DNA from: Catajapyx aquilonaris
Lineage: Eukaryota
Assembly: GCA_000934665.2 (NCBI GenBank)
Contig: KZ538383.1
Coordinates: 1-64,000, forward strand
Reading direction: 5' to 3'
Length of the DNA stretch: 64,000 nucleotides
Position 1 is the first letter of the stretch; each line of letters begins with the position of its first letter. Positions 60,001 through 64,000 of the stretch are shown one piece after another. The notes beneath the pieces are model-generated. The model searched no databases. It was not told the origin of the DNA and saw nothing but the letters and a program-made list of their open reading frames with translations. The position numbers and the translations under genes are program-made.

Positions 60001-62869
60001 ACTGCAGTACCACCTCGTTACTCGATTGAGTCGACCAACAACTTGCCCGTAATGTTGATGCAGCTGTCAGTTTCGCTCCTATTTGCACGATTCAGCAGCC
60101 TCGACAAAATTTTGCAATCTGCATGCGTGATTTGAACTATGACGTTGATATCTGCAGGTGGCCAACCTTTTTATTTTGCATATTGTCTACACTATTTTTG
60201 TCGACGGCTATTACACGAGTCGTTGTCATCAACTTCTCACCAAAATTTGCGCTCAAAGTGCCTCGCTAATGTTGTCACATCATGCGACATATCACGTCAT
60301 ATTTCTAGTTTTGTTTGACATTTCAGTTTAGTTTGGAGAAGTGCAATGCCATCAAATTCGCGCAAAATATATCATATGTTTGTTCGCTTCTTTTTTCCGC
60401 GTCATTGCACCATTGCTTGCATAAATTGATGATTTAGTGCTGCAGTACCATATACAAGTGCCTTTCAGGCTGCTGATTACCTTTTAATTTTTTTGTCTTA
60501 TAGAGTAGGCCTACGATCAAAATATATTCTATAGTATACGCCATTGAAATTACATAGTTTGAATTATTTAAAAAAAGGCTCGACTGAATATGAACCTACA
60601 CCTACCACATACACTGCATTTCCGTAGTACGTGCATCAGAAAGTAAACAACATAGTAATTTGCACTATACTGTGCCATTGAGGAGACACTGTGAATGAAA
60701 CTTGATTGCGTGCTTACGGAATTATGTATGCGGCCGATATGTACGTAACCGCAACTGCGAAAGGTGGATAATAAATAACATCCCCCTATCTATGTATGCA
60801 ATATTCAACGGTCAATTGCCGGCGCAGACGTTGCCACTAGATTTGATCACTAGTTTAACTACCATTTCGAAGGTGAATACCCGTTTCAGAATGCATTACA
60901 AAAACTGCCTTGATTTGATTAGCTGTGGGGCATGATGAAGTTATTCACATGACTTACCTTTACAAAAAGCAATTATTAGGATTATGCGTAACATTATTTC
61001 ATCGGCGTATAATGTCCATTCTTTATTTCTAAATTGAGTCTCGAATATTTACATCTGCAAACTGACAGTAACATGATGTCTGTGGCAACAAAAACATATT
61101 GATATATCCGGAAGAATAGGCTATTGACAGTTCGTTAACTTATACCCTACCACATGCGGAAGAGTTGATTACACTGCACTCATCCGCTGAAAACTCGTTG
61201 ACTACTAAAATCACTGACTCTATACGGACTCCCGTGACAAAGAAACAATATTTAAGCCATACTGAAATGTTCTTATACAAATCAACCATGAATTTTCTAC
61301 ACCCAATTTAACAATATCCATCTAGTAGTCTACAGCAAATATCACTACCAACCTATTTACACCATGTGAATCTTGTTCCTGTTTCCATCTACCACTACAT
61401 CCAGCGCATGTCTGACATAGCTAAATTCCCCAGTGAACATGGCCCACCACAACAGACCACGCGTATTTGCGTGTAATACACGCGTGTAACCCCACAGTAC
61501 TAGAAGGGTTGACCTACCGAGGCAATCGTTGCGGAAGAAGAAAGTAGATAAGTTTGGCTACAATTCTGGCAGCATCCGGAAGAATCCAGAAGTGGCTCGA
61601 GCTAGGCCTAGGACGTGTGGAAGGTCGGGAAGTGAGCAGGCCCAGCTTGAGGATCGGGCCTGTTTTGCTCGTCTGCGGCCGACTGAGAGAGAGAAATGGG
61701 GGGTGAGAGAGTAGGCTGNNNNNNNNNNNNGCCGGTAGACTCTGATATCGGCAATCGATTGCAATGCTGGGGCGGAGGAGGAAGGGATGAAGGAGATGGG
61801 ACAATGGCTCCATGCGCAAGCGCCTCTCTCCCTGTACGATCGCATGCTGGCCCCATAAGCTCGCACACGACACATCAAACTTTGCTACCGTGCCCCTTCT
61901 GCACAGCCTCGCCCATTTTCTTGTGTATTGGGCAGGGAGAAAAAACGACTACGCAGTGCCTATGCAGGGCTCGGCTTCAATTTAAAACGGGGAGGTGTAT
62001 CCTGGTCTAACAGTGGCGTCGATCCTATACACGCACCAAATTGGATGGCGAGCCCACCCTGGTTCTTCTTTAAATCATCTTAGGTCTCCATAAGAGGGAG
62101 AAAGAGAAAGAGAGGATTTTATATTATTAGTCGTCATGATTTTATATGGTGTGAGCCAATGAGCCAATGAGATTGGAAAGGATCCAATCCAACTTTTTCC
62201 AAGTTGGAGATATTGGTTCGTAAGCTCTGCTTAGGATTGGAGCTTGAGCGAATAATATGATTATGGATCTTAATTTTCGTTACATCCCATGTTAACATCT
62301 TCTTCAAGAGACTCGTTTCAGAAAAGAGCTCATACAATAAGGCAACGTACTGTACATCTAAATATTATGATGACTTTCAACATGTGCTGAAAGAAGCACC
62401 GATGACTGGTGTTTAGGTCTGAAGATAATATGAAGAATATTGCGTGGAAATGTTGGAAATAAATTACTTCCATCATTTTGTAATAAATTTAATGTTTTCC
62501 TATTCTGAAAAGTTGATCAGAGTTGAATAGAGTCCTTTTCAATTTCACCGACTCATGAACCGGTAGTCTACTGTCTTAGGGGGTCTACGCACGGGATGTT
62601 GTACTAGCATTAGTTTCAGTCTCAAAGATCCGCCAATCGGCGTAAGCTGCTTCGCCCTTCGACATGGAGCAGCCAGCGCCGATTGGGGGAGCCTTAAGAC
62701 TGCTAAGACTAAAACTACAGTGCTGAAACCGCCCATATGTAGACTCCTTTTACTGCACATGAAACACGAATAATGATCGCAATAATGATTACTGCGAACA
62801 AGGCAATCTCGCAAAATCCCATCAGTAATCTGTATCACTCTCATATCCCTTTCCCTTGGCATATACTGC

Positions 62870-63045
62870 GGGTACCAAGGCGGTATGGTAGTGAGTGCTT
62901 ATCGCCAAAGCCTTCCTCCTATGAGGCCCTGCATTCGATCCCGGGGCGGAAAGAGGATCTTCTCACGTGGAAAGAGTTTAGATGGGCTCTCTCCGTGTTA
63001 TCGTGGGATTTCTCGGGGTTATTCAGTTTGATCCCAAAATCAAAA
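62870..63045 (+). mobile_element. Degenerate SINE family 1
   Basis: TTCGATCCCGGGGCGGA...GTGGAAAGAGTTTAGATGGGCTCTCTCCGTGTT matches family 1. Confidence 0.65.
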
Positions 63046-63229
63046 TCTATCAGCAGTGTCACGACGTGTGTCTATGACTATAGGGAAAGGCAATTTCAGT
63101 GTGCAACCCGAATAGGCTACCTCTTTAGGCCAAGTGCTCGACTCAGGATCGAAAACAGTGGGTTTTTTCGTCTGGAATCGTCCAATGTTAAGATAAGTGA
63201 AAAGTCCGGAATGGATGGTGGGTATCCTC

Positions 63230-63472
63230 TAATGTACGGAAAACGAGAGAACGATCTGACGTCATCAAGGTTTCCATGGAAATGCCCTCACAGAACAATA
63301 TGAGTAAACAGTGTCAACAAAAAGCAACAATGTAAGAAACGATGACGTCAGATCGTTAAAATTCTCTCGTTTTCCGTACATTAGGCCTACTCACATTGTT
63401 CTGTGAGAGTCTTTCCATGGAAACCTTGATGACATATTGACATCAGATCGTTCTCTCATTTTCCGTACATTA
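63230..63472. mobile_element. TIR element with a duplicated right end
   Basis: TAATGTACGGAAAACGAGAGAACGATCTGACGTCATC once forward and twice inverted (ending ~63383 and 63472). Confidence 0.7.
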
Positions 63473-63722
63473 CAAGAGAATATTTAGAAGGTCAGGGGTG
63501 GTGGAGGGCAGGGGAGGCGGGGAGGGGCATTATTGGAAGATACAGGATGGCAACGTGATGCAGTATTTTTCGTTGGATTTCCTATTGCCTTGTTAAAAGT
63601 GTAAATAATTCAATTACATTTATGGTTCAGAATGAAGCTTCCGCCAACTTGGAAAGTCAGTGTACAACTGTACATTATTGGTGCCGGTATATAGGGCTAT
63701 CACTTTATTCCATTACAGTAAG

Positions 63723-63723
63723 T

Positions 63724-63774
<51 letters not shown>

Positions 63775-63830
63775 TTTTATTTTGTTTACCCCGTGATAGA
63801 GCAGTGCTCTGTTGGGGGGGGGGGNGGATT
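63723..63830 (-). mobile_element. SINE 3' fragment with (TAAA)n tail
   Basis: (TTTA)n next to TACCCCGTGATAG and a poly-G run as in family 2. Confidence 0.5.
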
Positions 63831-64000
63831 ACAGTAAGTAGAAACTACTAGCACTTATATAGTCACGGGTCTCCATTATGCATAATTACCATGCATTTAA
63901 ATGTGTAAAATTATTTGCTCACATACTATATGTACAAGCACATGCATAGCATTGTTTACGTGCATGTATTATTTTAGGTTAACCTGGTTAACCTGTATTC

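Noticed and set aside
61510..62010. Cluster of ORFs across the N-gap
   Set aside because: GC-rich repeat-like DNA spanning an assembly gap; no coherent protein.

Overview
Repeat-rich, intron-containing animal genomic DNA, probably arthropod; no prokaryotic features. Hand-spliced genes: (1) a complete six-exon Rac1-type GTPase on + (12508-33481, 192 aa); (2) a GT92/DUF23 glycosyltransferase on - with an uninterrupted main coding exon (55301-57049); (3) a head-to-head pair of six-exon paralogs encoding ~207-208 aa secreted 12-cysteine proteins (3130-4143 - and 5673-7789 +), mostly missed by the ORF track; (4) three in-frame exons of a partial minus-strand gene (1036-1834) that may be an ionotropic-receptor-like N-terminus. 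Introns and intergenic DNA hold many short non-autonomous transposons with readable TIRs/TSDs (Kolobok-, piggyBac-, pogo/Tigger-, mariner-, hAT-, P- and Sola-like), a Helitron with nested inserts, two tRNA-headed SINE families sharing a 3' tail, a decayed LINE and several almost loop-less palindromes. Family names are by eye and from memory; no searches were run. I found no clearly new multi-gene system; the best candidates are the secreted pair beside the receptor-like gene and the shared-tail SINE/LINE set.
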